A DNA stretch of 64,000 nucleotides from an uncultured Dehalococcoidales bacterium (lineage in GTDB: Bacteria; Chloroflexota; Dehalococcoidia; Dehalococcoidales; BS750m-G39). The notes under the pieces are model-generated. The model saw only the letters and a list, made by a program, of their open reading frames with translations. It did not search any database and was not told where the DNA came from. Positions 26,840 to 35,788 of the stretch are shown piece after piece; position 1 is the stretch's first letter, and each line of letters opens with the position of its first letter. The position numbers and the translations under genes were made by a program. The stretch spans positions 3,726 through 67,725 of the forward strand of contig CAZDHX010000005.1 in assembly GCA_964505425.1 (NCBI GenBank). Reading direction: 5' to 3'.

Positions 26840-27082
26840 ATGGCTAAGAAGCAGGTAATGTTTACCTTTCCCCAGGAGCTAATCCAGGAGCCCGTCATCT
26901 ATAGCCTGGGGCACAAGTTTAAGGTGGTGACTAATATCCGCCGTGCCGACGTCTCGGAGAATAGAGGCTGGGTGGTGCTGGAGCTGGAGGGGGAGGAGAA
27001 GGAGATTGAGCAGGGCATCGCCTGGGTGAGAAGCAAAGGGGTAAGGGTTGACCCGGTTATGGGCGATATTGTGGAGGGATAA
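26840..27082 (+). CDS. Stand-alone NIL-domain protein
   Basis: 80 aa. FPQELIQEPVIYSLGHKFKVVTNIRRADVSENRGWVVLELEG matches the NIL (MetN C-terminal-like) pattern. Confidence 0.7.
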   Translation: MAKKQVMFTFPQELIQEPVIYSLGHKFKVVTNIRRADVSENRGWVVLELEGEEKEIEQGIAWVRSKGVRVDPVMGDIVEG

Positions 27083-27085
27083 ACA

Positions 27086-28252
27086 ATGAAACGGATATAC
27101 CTTGATTATGCGGCCACTACGCCGACCCACCATGAGGTGGTAAAGGCAATGCTTCCCTACTTTAGCGATGTCTTCGGCAACCCTTCAAGCATCCATTCCT
27201 ACGGGCAGGAGGCAAAGGGGGCTATTGAAGAAGCCAGGGCTAGGGTTGCCGACCTCATCGGTGCCCGGGATGGGGAAATCGTCTTCACCAGCGGCGGCAC
27301 CGAGGCGGATAACTTTGCCCTTAAGGGGGTGGCTTTCGCCAACGAGGGCAGGGGCAACCATATAATTACCAGCCCCATTGAGCACCACGCCGTTGTAGAA
27401 ACATGTAAATTTCTGGAGAGACGGGGGTTTAAGATAACCTACCTCCCGGTGGATGGGTATGGCTTGGTTGCCCCTGATGATGTCAGAAAGGCTATCACTG
27501 ATAAGACCATCCTAATTTCGGTGATGCACGCTAGCAATGAAGTCGGCACCATACAGCCAATAGCCGAGATAGGCAAGGTTGCCAGGGAAGCCGGCGTCTA
27601 TTTCCACACTGACGCCGTGCAAACAGCGGGGCACATTCCAGTGGATGTGAACGAGCTTGGGGTGAACCTGCTATCTATGTCAGCCCATAAGTTATACGGT
27701 CCCAAGGGGACGGGGGCGCTGTATATCAGAAAAGGCACCAGGCTAACCCGCTTTATGCATGGCGGTGACCAGGAAAGAAGGCGGCGGGCGGGTACGGAGA
27801 ATACCCCCGCCATTGTGGGCTTTGGCAAAGCGGCGGAAATTGCCCAACAGGAAATGGGGGAAGAAGCAAAACGGCTGACCTATCTTCGTGACAAACTCAT
27901 CAGTGGTCTGTTGGAACGGATTGACCATACCCGCCTAAATGGTCATCCCACAATGAGGCTGCCCAACAATGTTAATATAAGCGTTGATTATGTCGAAGGA
28001 GAATCAATGCTTCTGAATCTAGACCTGGAAGGCATTTGCGCTTCTACCGGCTCTGCCTGCAGCTCATCAAGCCTTGAGCCCTCCCACGTGCTCCTGGCAC
28101 TGGGGCTTTCCCCTGAGCAGGCACACGGTTCGCTCAGGTTTAGTCTGGGTAAGTGGACCACCGAGGAGGAGATAGAGCGAGTTTTAGACATTCTGCCCAG
28201 AGTTGTTACCAAGCTCAGGGCTATGTCACCGCTCTTAAAGAGCCAGAGATAG
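27086..28252 (+). CDS. iscS: Cysteine desulfurase (NifS/IscS type)
   Basis: [25 protein letters not shown] (PLP-Lys) and the active-site loop STGSACSS. Confidence 0.9.
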   Translation: MKRIYLDYAATTPTHHEVVKAMLPYFSDVFGNPSSIHSYGQEAKGAIEEARARVADLIGARDGEIVFTSGGTEADNFALKGVAFANEGRGNHIITSPIEHHAVVETCKFLERRGFKITYLPVDGYGLVAPDDVRKAITDKTILISVMHASNEVGTIQPIAEIGKVAREAGVYFHTDAVQTAGHIPVDVNELGVNLLSMSAHKLYGPKGTGALYIRKGTRLTRFMHGGDQERRRRAGTENTPAIVGFGKAAEIAQQEMGEEAKRLTYLRDKLISGLLERIDHTRLNGHPTMRLPNNVNISVDYVEGESMLLNLDLEGICASTGSACSSSSLEPSHVLLALGLSPEQAHGSLRFSLGKWTTEEEIERVLDILPRVVTKLRAMSPLLKSQR

Positions 28253-28263
28253 GAGAGGAAAAC

Positions 28264-28665
28264 ATGCGTGACGTTTGGTCGCTATATAGTGAGAAGGTGA
28301 TGGAGCACTTCAGGAACCCGAGGAATGTGGGGGAGATGGGAAACCCTGATGGCATCGGCCATGTGGGAAACCCGGTGTGCGGCGACGTCATGGAGCTTTA
28401 CATCAAGGTGGATGACAGCACCATTACTGACGCCAAGTTCAAGACCTTCGGCTGTGGCGCTGCCATCGCCACCAGCTCCATTCTCACCGAGATGGTAAAA
28501 GGAAAGAGCATAAGTGAGGCGCTGGAAATCTCCAATCGGGCGGTGGCTGAAGCCCTGGACGGGCTGCCCCCGGTTAAGATGCACTGCTCGGTTTTAGCTG
28601 AGGAAGCACTTAAATCAGCCGTTGAGGACTACCTTGCTAAAAGCAAGAGTAAGGAAAGGAGGTAA
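28264..28665 (+). CDS. iscU: Fe-S cluster scaffold (IscU / NifU N-terminal type)
   Basis: [20 protein letters not shown] and [12 protein letters not shown] (three Cys ligands). The start is ATG 28264; the longer track ORF from 28153 overlaps iscS. Confidence 0.9.
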   Translation: MRDVWSLYSEKVMEHFRNPRNVGEMGNPDGIGHVGNPVCGDVMELYIKVDDSTITDAKFKTFGCGAAIATSSILTEMVKGKSISEALEISNRAVAEALDGLPPVKMHCSVLAEEALKSAVEDYLAKSKSKERR

Positions 28666-28667
28666 AA

Positions 28668-29126
28668 ATGGTACGCAGGCTAGCCATAATGGTGCTACTT
28701 CTGGGTGCGGTGGGTATAGTCATGGGGAGTGTGTTTATTGGTTTGGGTGTGGCTAGGAACAATGAACTGAAGGAGGCAATGCGGGTAGAACATGTAACTC
28801 TTGGCATTGAAGACGTGGTGACCAAAGGTCAGGTAATTGATTCCTTGGAGGAAGCGAAAGACGCTGGTGACACCATGAGGGAGCATCGCCGTGGAATAGC
28901 GGCGACATATGAAGACCTATTAGGCGAGGGGCACTTTGACCCAACAAAGCCAGAGCACTTGACCTACGCACAGGCGTTGAACCTGGAGAACTACCTGTAC
29001 CTTGCCGTTGTTGCCTTTGGTCTTACTCAATCGGTCATTGGTAGTGGCGTCTTTATGGTGGTCACCGGGGCTGCCATTGGCGGGATTGGACTAGCCCTGC
29101 TCGCCTTAGCAAGAGCATCCAAGTGA
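28668..29126 (+). CDS. Hypothetical membrane protein (N- and C-terminal TM segments)
   Basis: 152-aa track ORF with hydrophobic termini (LAIMVLLLGAVGIVMGSVFIGLGV; VFMVVTGAAIGGIGLALLAL). No family recognised. Confidence 0.5.
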   Translation: MVRRLAIMVLLLGAVGIVMGSVFIGLGVARNNELKEAMRVEHVTLGIEDVVTKGQVIDSLEEAKDAGDTMREHRRGIAATYEDLLGEGHFDPTKPEHLTYAQALNLENYLYLAVVAFGLTQSVIGSGVFMVVTGAAIGGIGLALLALARASK

Positions 29127-29175
29127 GCTAAGCGTGAGTCATGGGATCTGATGGGCTACTCTAGCAGGAGGGACA

Positions 29176-30240
29176 GTGGAAGTAAACCAAATACCTGAGA
29201 TTGGCAAAATCTCGCCGGCAATCTTCAGCGAGCTGATATTTCCCCGCCTGGGGGCTAAGAGTGAAAAAATCCTGGTCGGGCCGCAGCACGGGGTGGACGT
29301 GGGGATAGTGGAAATCGGGGACAAGGCGGTCTCGTTTACCTGCGACCCGGTGTTTATCGTCCCTGAGTACGGCTGGGAGAGGGCTGCCTGGTTTGCCATT
29401 CATATTCTTGCCTCTGACGCCGTGACCTGCGGGCTTAAGCCCAAGTTTCTGTCCATAGACCTGAACCTGTCCATGGAGATGACCAAGGACGAGCTGCAGA
29501 TAGTCTGGGATACCATGCACCGGGAGTGCGAGCGGCTGGGAATCTCGGTCATCTGCGGGCACACCGCCAGGTACGAGAACTGCCATTACCCCATGGTGGG
29601 CGGGGCTACCATAATCGGGGTTGGGGAGAAAGAGGAATATGTCACCCCCAGAATGGCAGGAGCTGGCGATAGGATAATTATTACCAAGGGGCCGGCTATT
29701 GAGGCGACAGGCATCTTGGCTACCATGTTTCCCCAGCTTATTGAGAAGGAGTTCGGGCTTGACTTTAGCCAGAGGGCACAGCAGATATTCTATAAGATGT
29801 CAGTGGTGGAGGACGCCATGACAGCGGTAGGCGTTGGCATTAGAGACAATGGCGTTACCGCCATGCATGATGCCACCGAGTGCGGGATATGGGGCGGACT
29901 TTATGAACTGGCTCAGTCGGCTGGTCTGGGGGTGAGGATAGAAAAGGAGCAGATTGTAGCTGAGGACTGTGTTGAAGAAATATGCCGCTTTTTTGGCATT
30001 GACCCCTACGCCTCAATAAGCGAAGGGACGCTAATCATTGCCTGCCGTGAGCATAAAGCCAGGGAAGTGGTGGAGGCTTTGTCTCAAAAGGGTATTAAAT
30101 CTTCTATTGTCGGAGAGCTGACTAGACTAGATAAAGGAATGGTTCTAGTAGAAGGAGGAAACGAAAAGAAACTTGAGCACCCTATCGTTGACCCCTTCTG
30201 GAAGGCTTTCTACCATGCCCTTGAGAAATACAAATCATGA
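29176..30240 (+). CDS. PurM-superfamily (AIR synthase-related / HypE-SelD-ThiL-like) ATP-dependent enzyme
   Basis: GVDVGIVEIGDKAVSFTCDP, HILASDAVTCG and VICGHTA, the typical PurM-like N and C domains. It lacks the SelD N-terminal Cys/Sec loop and the HypE C-terminal PRIC. GTG start with an AGGAGGG SD. Confidence 0.7.
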   Translation: MEVNQIPEIGKISPAIFSELIFPRLGAKSEKILVGPQHGVDVGIVEIGDKAVSFTCDPVFIVPEYGWERAAWFAIHILASDAVTCGLKPKFLSIDLNLSMEMTKDELQIVWDTMHRECERLGISVICGHTARYENCHYPMVGGATIIGVGEKEEYVTPRMAGAGDRIIITKGPAIEATGILATMFPQLIEKEFGLDFSQRAQQIFYKMSVVEDAMTAVGVGIRDNGVTAMHDATECGIWGGLYELAQSAGLGVRIEKEQIVAEDCVEEICRFFGIDPYASISEGTLIIACREHKAREVVEALSQKGIKSSIVGELTRLDKGMVLVEGGNEKKLEHPIVDPFWKAFYHALEKYKS

Positions 30241-30279
30241 GAGTAAACGGTGAACTAAATATATGCTCAGAGGAGATAG

Positions 30280-31281
30280 ATGATAGCTCAGTTCTTCATC
30301 ACATTTAAGGATTATCTCATTGCAGTATTGCCCTTCCTGGTAACAGGGTTTTTCCTGAGTGGTTTAATCTATGAGTTTGTCCCCACTAGCTGGGTTGAGA
30401 GACACCTTGGCGGGAAGGGGATAAAGCCCCTGATCTACTCCACCCTTATCGGGACAGCCCTCCCTATCTGCTGCCTAGGCTCTCTCCCGGTGGCGGTGAG
30501 CCTCCACCAGAAAGGGGCGAGATTGGGTTCAGTTTTGGCCTTTCTGGTGGCAACACCAGCTACCTCTATTACTGCTCTCCTGGTGTGCTATGCTCTGCTC
30601 GGCATAAAGTTCACCGCCTTCATATTCTTTGCCGTGATAGCGATGGGATTGAGCATGGGTTTTATCGGGAATTTGCTCAGGGTCAAGCCGAAAGCCTCCC
30701 TTTCCCGGGATAAACAGCTAGCTACTGACCCCGTATGCGGAATGAGTGTAGAGACAGGCAAGGCAGTGAAAACAGAATACCGAGGGGATGCTTATTATTT
30801 CTGCTGTTCCCACTGCCAGCAGGCGTTTGAAAGTAGACCCCAAAAATATCTGGGGATTTATCCCAGGAACATTGCTCACCGGATGAAGCATGTTTTCAAA
30901 TACGCCTTCGTGGATATGGTTAAGGAGATGGGCCCCGAGCTGCTTTTAGGCTTGGCTTTAGCAGCACTGGTGGCCACCATTACCCCGGTCGGGGAGTTCA
31001 TAGGAGATTATTTTAGCGGGGGTTTAGGCTATCTATTCAGCCTTGTCTTCGGTCTCATGATGTATATCTGCTCTACAGCTAGCGTTCCTCTAGTTCACGC
31101 CTTCCTATCCCAGGGAATGAATATTGGGGCGGGAATGGTATTGCTAATAGTCGGCCCAGTTACTAGCTGGGGGACAATTCTAGTCTTACGCAAGGAGTTT
31201 GGTGGCAGGACATTGCTTATCTATTTGGCAATCATCTGTGTAATGGCTCTGGCTCTGGGCTATTTCTTTTCCCTGATATAA
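30280..31281 (+). CDS. DUF318/ArsP-like permease with an embedded YHS (TRASH-type) metal-binding domain
   Basis: Multi-TM protein with LPICCLGSLP and ICSTASVPL permease motifs. The central loop is DPVCGMSVETGKAVKTEYRGDAYYFCCSHCQQAF (YHS). Confidence 0.75.
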   Translation: MIAQFFITFKDYLIAVLPFLVTGFFLSGLIYEFVPTSWVERHLGGKGIKPLIYSTLIGTALPICCLGSLPVAVSLHQKGARLGSVLAFLVATPATSITALLVCYALLGIKFTAFIFFAVIAMGLSMGFIGNLLRVKPKASLSRDKQLATDPVCGMSVETGKAVKTEYRGDAYYFCCSHCQQAFESRPQKYLGIYPRNIAHRMKHVFKYAFVDMVKEMGPELLLGLALAALVATITPVGEFIGDYFSGGLGYLFSLVFGLMMYICSTASVPLVHAFLSQGMNIGAGMVLLIVGPVTSWGTILVLRKEFGGRTLLIYLAIICVMALALGYFFSLI

Positions 31282-31297
31282 AGAATAAAGAGATGAC

Positions 31298-31732
31298 ATG
31301 GCGAAAATAATTGCCGTCTGTAAGAGTGAGAAAAAGGGCACTAAAAAGGAAGTTGTGACGGAAGGATTTCTTCGGGAGGACTTTGGTCTTATTGGTGATG
31401 CCCATGCCGATTGCTGCACGCATCGTCAGGTAAGCCTGCTGGCGATTGAGAGTATTAATAAAATGCGAAGTCTAGGCTTCGATATAGGCCCAGGGGATTT
31501 TGCCGAGAATATTACCTGTGAAGGGGTAGAGCTGGTCTCATTGCCGGTGGGGACGCGGCTCTTAATAGGAAAAGAAGTTATCTTAGAGGTTACTCAGATC
31601 GGAAAGGAGTGCCATAGCAGGTGTGCTATCTATCGTCAGATAGGCAAATGCATCATGCCCAGAGAAGGGGTATTCGCCAAGGTAATCGGCGGTGGATTGG
31701 TTAGGGCTGGAAACACGATAAAAATAAAATGA
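31298..31732 (+). CDS. MOSC-domain protein
   Basis: 144 aa. HRQVSLL...GDFAENITCEG...G is typical of the small MOSC beta-barrel family. Confidence 0.75.
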   Translation: MAKIIAVCKSEKKGTKKEVVTEGFLREDFGLIGDAHADCCTHRQVSLLAIESINKMRSLGFDIGPGDFAENITCEGVELVSLPVGTRLLIGKEVILEVTQIGKECHSRCAIYRQIGKCIMPREGVFAKVIGGGLVRAGNTIKIK

Positions 31733-31742
31733 TAGAGATAAA

Positions 31743-32753
31743 ATGGCAAAAAGATTACTTGCTTCATTTCTGATCGGGGCTTTAGTAATTATTACCTTAA
31801 TGGTAGGTGGCTGTTATTATAAAAACGCTGAAAAACCGGTTGGCATAGCTGTTGAATTCAATAATCATGCTGCCTGTGCTTATATAGCCGACGCTAAGGG
31901 CTGGTTCGAAGAGGAAGGGCTGGAGCTAGAGCCTGTCTTCCAGATTTACGAGTCAGGGGCGGCTGTTGCCGCCGCTTTAGCCCGGGGAGATATTCAAATT
32001 GGCTATATGGGGTTGACAGGAGCCATTATGACCTATGCTCAAGGAGTACCAATAAAGGTGATAGCCGGAATTCATAAGTACGGTTATGGTCTCGTTGCAA
32101 AACCAGAAATAAAAGAGATAGAAGATTTGCACGGCAAGACCATTGGCTGTCTAAGGGAGGGTACTGTGACCGACCTCCTGCTTAACCTTATGATAGACAA
32201 ATATCAGCTTAAGAATGTAACCATTCTCCGCATGAATCCCACCGAAGAGGTCATTGCTTTAATTACTGGGAGACTAGATGCTGCATTCCTTCCTGAACAA
32301 CACGCCACCATGGCTGAACTCCAAGGATTTCCTATGCTCATTAACAGCCAAGACTTATGGTCTGGGATGCAGGGGGACGTTTTGGTAGTTAGGGCTGAGG
32401 TTATAGAGGACAATCCTGAGCGGGTAGAGCGATTAATGGGAGTTACCCAACAGGCAACAGCTTGGGTAAACGAGCACCCCGCTGAGACAGCGGAAATTAT
32501 GGCTGGGCAATTACAAGCTGCTGGGGAGAGTATCTTTCCCATCGAGGAAGCAGGGCTTGCCGCAAGCCTAGAAATCACCCCCCAAGTTATATCCCGCTCC
32601 ATGGATAGGATTGAATATACCATGAGTATTGACCCAAAGGTAGTTCAAGATACGATAGACTATATGGTGGAGTTAGGCTATATAAAAGAGGGGATCAAGG
32701 CTGCAGACATCCTAGATTTAGCCTATCTCCGGGAGGGAGGGCAAGATGGTTAA
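31743..32753 (+). CDS. NMT1/THI5-like (SsuA/TauA-type) substrate-binding lipoprotein, orphan
   Basis: Signal/lipobox-like N-terminus (LMVGGCYY) and a periplasmic-binding fold pattern (GDIQIGYMG...). No ABC permease or ATPase gene is adjacent. Confidence 0.7.
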   Translation: MAKRLLASFLIGALVIITLMVGGCYYKNAEKPVGIAVEFNNHAACAYIADAKGWFEEEGLELEPVFQIYESGAAVAAALARGDIQIGYMGLTGAIMTYAQGVPIKVIAGIHKYGYGLVAKPEIKEIEDLHGKTIGCLREGTVTDLLLNLMIDKYQLKNVTILRMNPTEEVIALITGRLDAAFLPEQHATMAELQGFPMLINSQDLWSGMQGDVLVVRAEVIEDNPERVERLMGVTQQATAWVNEHPAETAEIMAGQLQAAGESIFPIEEAGLAASLEITPQVISRSMDRIEYTMSIDPKVVQDTIDYMVELGYIKEGIKAADILDLAYLREGGQDG

Positions 32754-32877
32754 AAATGAAGTAGAGAGATTTCCTGTATTACGGCTTACCAGGGAAGGCA
32801 CAGCCACCGGTGCTCTCCAAAGTGCCCTGATTACCTGTCCGTAGCTAGAGCCGAAAGAATAAAAAGGGAGGGAGAGT

Positions 32878-33174
32878 ATGCCTATCAAGTGGAGCACCGT
32901 CAGGGTGAGCGAGACTGTGGATGAGATTGAGGAGCTTATGAACTCCATCAGACCGACCTTGTGGCGGATGCGTGAGAAGGCGGGAGAGCTGAGACGGAAA
33001 CCCAACCTACCGGGGTATATTGACCAGCCCACTGTCACGATGACCTCTAAGGTGGATAACTTCAACACCTATATAAAGGGCTACATTGAGCGTATCCGCA
33101 ACCTCATACCCAAAGAGACACTGGAGGAGGAGCGCAAGGCTTTGGAGTATGGCAGACAGCAATCGCTAATCTAA
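32878..33174 (+). CDS. Hypothetical protein
   Basis: 98-aa track ORF with a GGGAGGGAG SD, followed by a strong terminator. No family recognised. Confidence 0.45.
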   Translation: MPIKWSTVRVSETVDEIEELMNSIRPTLWRMREKAGELRRKPNLPGYIDQPTVTMTSKVDNFNTYIKGYIERIRNLIPKETLEEERKALEYGRQQSLI

Positions 33175-33238
33175 AAACTGCCGGGAATTGAAAGGGTAAC
33201 TATGCCCAAAATTAGCTTCTAGTGGTTAACCAAGTATA

Positions 33239-33273
33239 AGAGGGTCGAGACGAAGTCTCGACCCTCTCTTTTT
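33239..33273 (+). terminator. Rho-independent terminator
   Basis: A perfect 13-bp stem AGAGGGTCGAGAC-GAA-GTCTCGACCCTCT followed by CTTTTT. Confidence 0.75.
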
Positions 33274-33362
33274 AACCTCTGTGGCTGCACAAAGCAAGCT
33301 TTCGTGCGGTAAGACGCCCTTGATGATATAATCAAATTGCTGATAATTCAAAGCGGTAACAA

Positions 33363-34031
33363 ATGAATTATAAATTAAGCCCATCAGACCTTACGTTCCT
33401 TTATGAAGGTTGCAAGCGGTGTTTCTACCTAAAGATGGTCCACAACATAGCTCAACCTTCAATTCCTTTACCCTCTATCTTTGCCCAAATCGCTGGGCTC
33501 TTAAAGAACCATTATGATGGCAAACAAACGAGCGAATTACACGTTGACATTCCTCCGGGAACGGTGAGTCACGGTGAGAAGAGCGTCCGGTCTCAGATTA
33601 TCCAATTACCAAAGCATAATGATACCTGCTATATAAGTGGGAGATTTGACATTGTTGTTAGTTTTGAAGACGGAACCTATGGCGTCATAGACTTCAAGAC
33701 CAGTAATCCAAATACGGAATCCGCCAATCTTTACAGCCGGCAGCTACACGCCTATGCGTATGCCTTGGAACACCCCGACCCTGGTGCACTTGCTTTGTAC
33801 CCTGTTACAAAGCTAGGATTGTTGTATTTCTACCCCTCTAGAGTTGATCAGCAAAGTATTGAGCAGCTTTCCTACGAAGCTGATATTACTTGGGTTGAAA
33901 TCAAAAAGGACGAGCCAAGTTTCCTAAACTTCATAGATGAGTTATTGGATGTACTTGAATCGCCCCTAGCGCTGGAACATTCCCCTGATTGCCCATGGTG
34001 CAAGTATACCCAGAAATTGAGTAGCATTTAG
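33363..34031 (+). CDS. PD-(D/E)XK nuclease, Cas4/RecB-like, with terminal Cys pairs
   Basis: GRFDIV ... GVIDFKTS (D / DxK), QLHAYAYAL (QxxxY), N-terminal CKRC and C-terminal CPWC. Confidence 0.7.
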   Translation: MNYKLSPSDLTFLYEGCKRCFYLKMVHNIAQPSIPLPSIFAQIAGLLKNHYDGKQTSELHVDIPPGTVSHGEKSVRSQIIQLPKHNDTCYISGRFDIVVSFEDGTYGVIDFKTSNPNTESANLYSRQLHAYAYALEHPDPGALALYPVTKLGLLYFYPSRVDQQSIEQLSYEADITWVEIKKDEPSFLNFIDELLDVLESPLALEHSPDCPWCKYTQKLSSI

Positions 34032-34097
34032 TGGAGCCTCGGCTTAACAAAATGAGTTTTTGTGCAACAGAACAGAAGATCGCAGAAACGTAGTAAT

Positions 34098-34883
34098 TCA
34101 CAGCCAACGTCGCAAGTGCTTGAAAAAGGTTATCAGCGCAGAGGTCAAAGACAACCAAAGATGGAGCCGAACTTTATTCAGAGGACTCAAAGGCAGAGGG
34201 TCGCCTAAAATGAATGTCTCCCTATTACTGTAGAAGCGGTCGACAAATTCCTTTCTTAAGACTGGTCTTTGCTGAGCAGGATACAGCTTATTGGTTACTT
34301 GGCTCTCATATTGCCAAATAGCAGCCTTCTTGGCTTTCAACACATCTGAAATATCAACCACAAGTAATTTCGGTGCAACGTTGGGGGTGGGAATTGCCCA
34401 AACAAAATATTGGTAAAGCAACGTCTTTCTTCCCAATTTACGAAGCGCACTACGCACAATAAGGTGAGTTGCCACATGGTCAGGGTGTCTGTCCCCAATA
34501 TATGGAAGAAAGACTTCCGAGGGCTCGAATTGCTCCAAAATTTTTATTACGTCCGACATAGCTTCTCGTCTGTGCTTATACAGTGCGCCATCCTCTATGC
34601 CTAGAAAGAGGAGCCTACCTTTGTCAAGGCCTAACTTATGCATAGCTCGTTCTTCCTCAAGTTTCCTTTGCTTTGCCAGTTCGTCCGGAGTGGGATTTTG
34701 CTTGATTCCAAATGTCAGCAGGTGAGAATTTCTGCCATCGGTCATGCATACGACAAAAACTTCTTTCCCGGCTTTCGTTCTTAGCGCTATCGTTCCTCCA
34801 CAACCAAATGTCGCATCATCCTTATGTGGGGCAAAAACCACGGAACGCGCCACTGTACTAAGTTCGACGTCCGAGTAGCTCAA
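34098..34883 (-). CDS. PIG-L/LmbE-family N-deacetylase
   Basis: VFAPHKDDATFGCGG (PHxDD-type motif) and GDRHPDHVATH (HPDH). TTG start with a GAGGTGAAG SD. Confidence 0.8.
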   Translation of the reverse strand: MSYSDVELSTVARSVVFAPHKDDATFGCGGTIALRTKAGKEVFVVCMTDGRNSHLLTFGIKQNPTPDELAKQRKLEEERAMHKLGLDKGRLLFLGIEDGALYKHRREAMSDVIKILEQFEPSEVFLPYIGDRHPDHVATHLIVRSALRKLGRKTLLYQYFVWAIPTPNVAPKLLVVDISDVLKAKKAAIWQYESQVTNKLYPAQQRPVLRKEFVDRFYSNRETFILGDPLPLSPLNKVRLHLWLSLTSALITFFKHLRRWL

Positions 34884-34999
34884 CTCTTTACTTCACCTCA
34901 CAAAGCTGTCTTCAAATTGCACTACGCAACGCATTAGACTCTGGGCCAAGGTGCAACTCTAACAACTTCAAAATCGCTCGGCAATATGGGTTCATGTTC

Positions 35000-35788
35000 T
35001 CAATGAGGCGGAAAGATGAAGCGAACTACCGCTTGAAAATTCTTGCCCAAGCATTGAGCTTTGCTGACTTCTTTGTACAGTTCGATCAAGGGTTCTGAGT
35101 TAGTCGTCACCCAGCTTACTCCGACCGTACCTTCGCCGTGGCATCCTGAAAGAGCGACTGCAGTTTTTCCCGATCCGAACGGGCTTTCTGCTTTTGTGAT
35201 AATAGCTAGGTCCAAGGCCCAAGTGCCACTCTTACCCCCTGGGCTAGGCTTTTCACCTACCATCTGTTGAGATACCACGTCAAATACCACCCAGTTAACC
35301 CTTTCATAAGGATTTAGTCTTATCAGGTTTAGTCTGGCCAAATCTGGAACGACAGGCCCCTGCTCAGTGAACTCGGCAAAAATGAACCGCCCCTGTCTCA
35401 GCAAGGGCTCTACTGGCAGCAAGGGGCGCCATCCTCCCACAAACAATGGGTGCTTCCCAGTATCTAGTGCAATTGGGAGCTTGCGTAGCCTCGTGCGGAG
35501 CGTCTTGCGGAAAGCAGCTACTACGGGGTGCACAAAGGCGTTGCTCCATGCGAAGGTATCCATAGGGGACGGCGCCATCCCGTATCTAAATCCAATCACT
35601 GCTTGACTTAATTCTTTTCGGTCCAAGAATATTTCTCGGTTGTAGCCGTCTACGGCATCCCAATCTTTCTTTTTTGCCAGTGCGGTTCTTACTGCCTTAG
35701 CAACTGCGATAGTCCCACCAACTATCTCAACAACCGTGATTACACCGCTGGGCAATAGTTGCGCTGCCACAGCTACGGTTTCCCACAT
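35000..35788 (-). CDS. Hypothetical protein with N-terminal hydrophobic helix
   Basis: Track ORF trimmed to ATG 35788 (AGGAGGG SD 6 nt upstream): MWETVAVAAQLLPSGVITVVEIVGGTIAVAKAV... No family recognised. Confidence 0.55.
   Translation of the reverse strand: MWETVAVAAQLLPSGVITVVEIVGGTIAVAKAVRTALAKKKDWDAVDGYNREIFLDRKELSQAVIGFRYGMAPSPMDTFAWSNAFVHPVVAAFRKTLRTRLRKLPIALDTGKHPLFVGGWRPLLPVEPLLRQGRFIFAEFTEQGPVVPDLARLNLIRLNPYERVNWVVFDVVSQQMVGEKPSPGGKSGTWALDLAIITKAESPFGSGKTAVALSGCHGEGTVGVSWVTTNSEPLIELYKEVSKAQCLGKNFQAVVRFIFPPH

Noticed and set aside
26840-27082. The NIL-domain protein as the sulfur-carrier (ThiS-like) protein of the operon
   Set aside because: It ends in ...DIVEG rather than Gly-Gly, and the NIL fold is ferredoxin/ACT-like rather than beta-grasp. 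The 153-aa GGG-terminated ORF is the better candidate.
29176-30240. The PurM-like enzyme as selenophosphate synthetase (SelD) or HypE
   Set aside because: It lacks the SelD N-terminal Gly-rich Cys/Sec loop and the HypE C-terminal Cys motif. Only superfamily membership can be supported.
17941-32753. Selenocysteine recoding (in-frame TGA splitting an ORF) within the sulfur/selenium-flavoured cluster
   Set aside because: All genes read as uninterrupted ORFs with tight junctions. No pair of same-frame ORFs separated by a single TGA, and no obvious SECIS-like hairpin, was seen.
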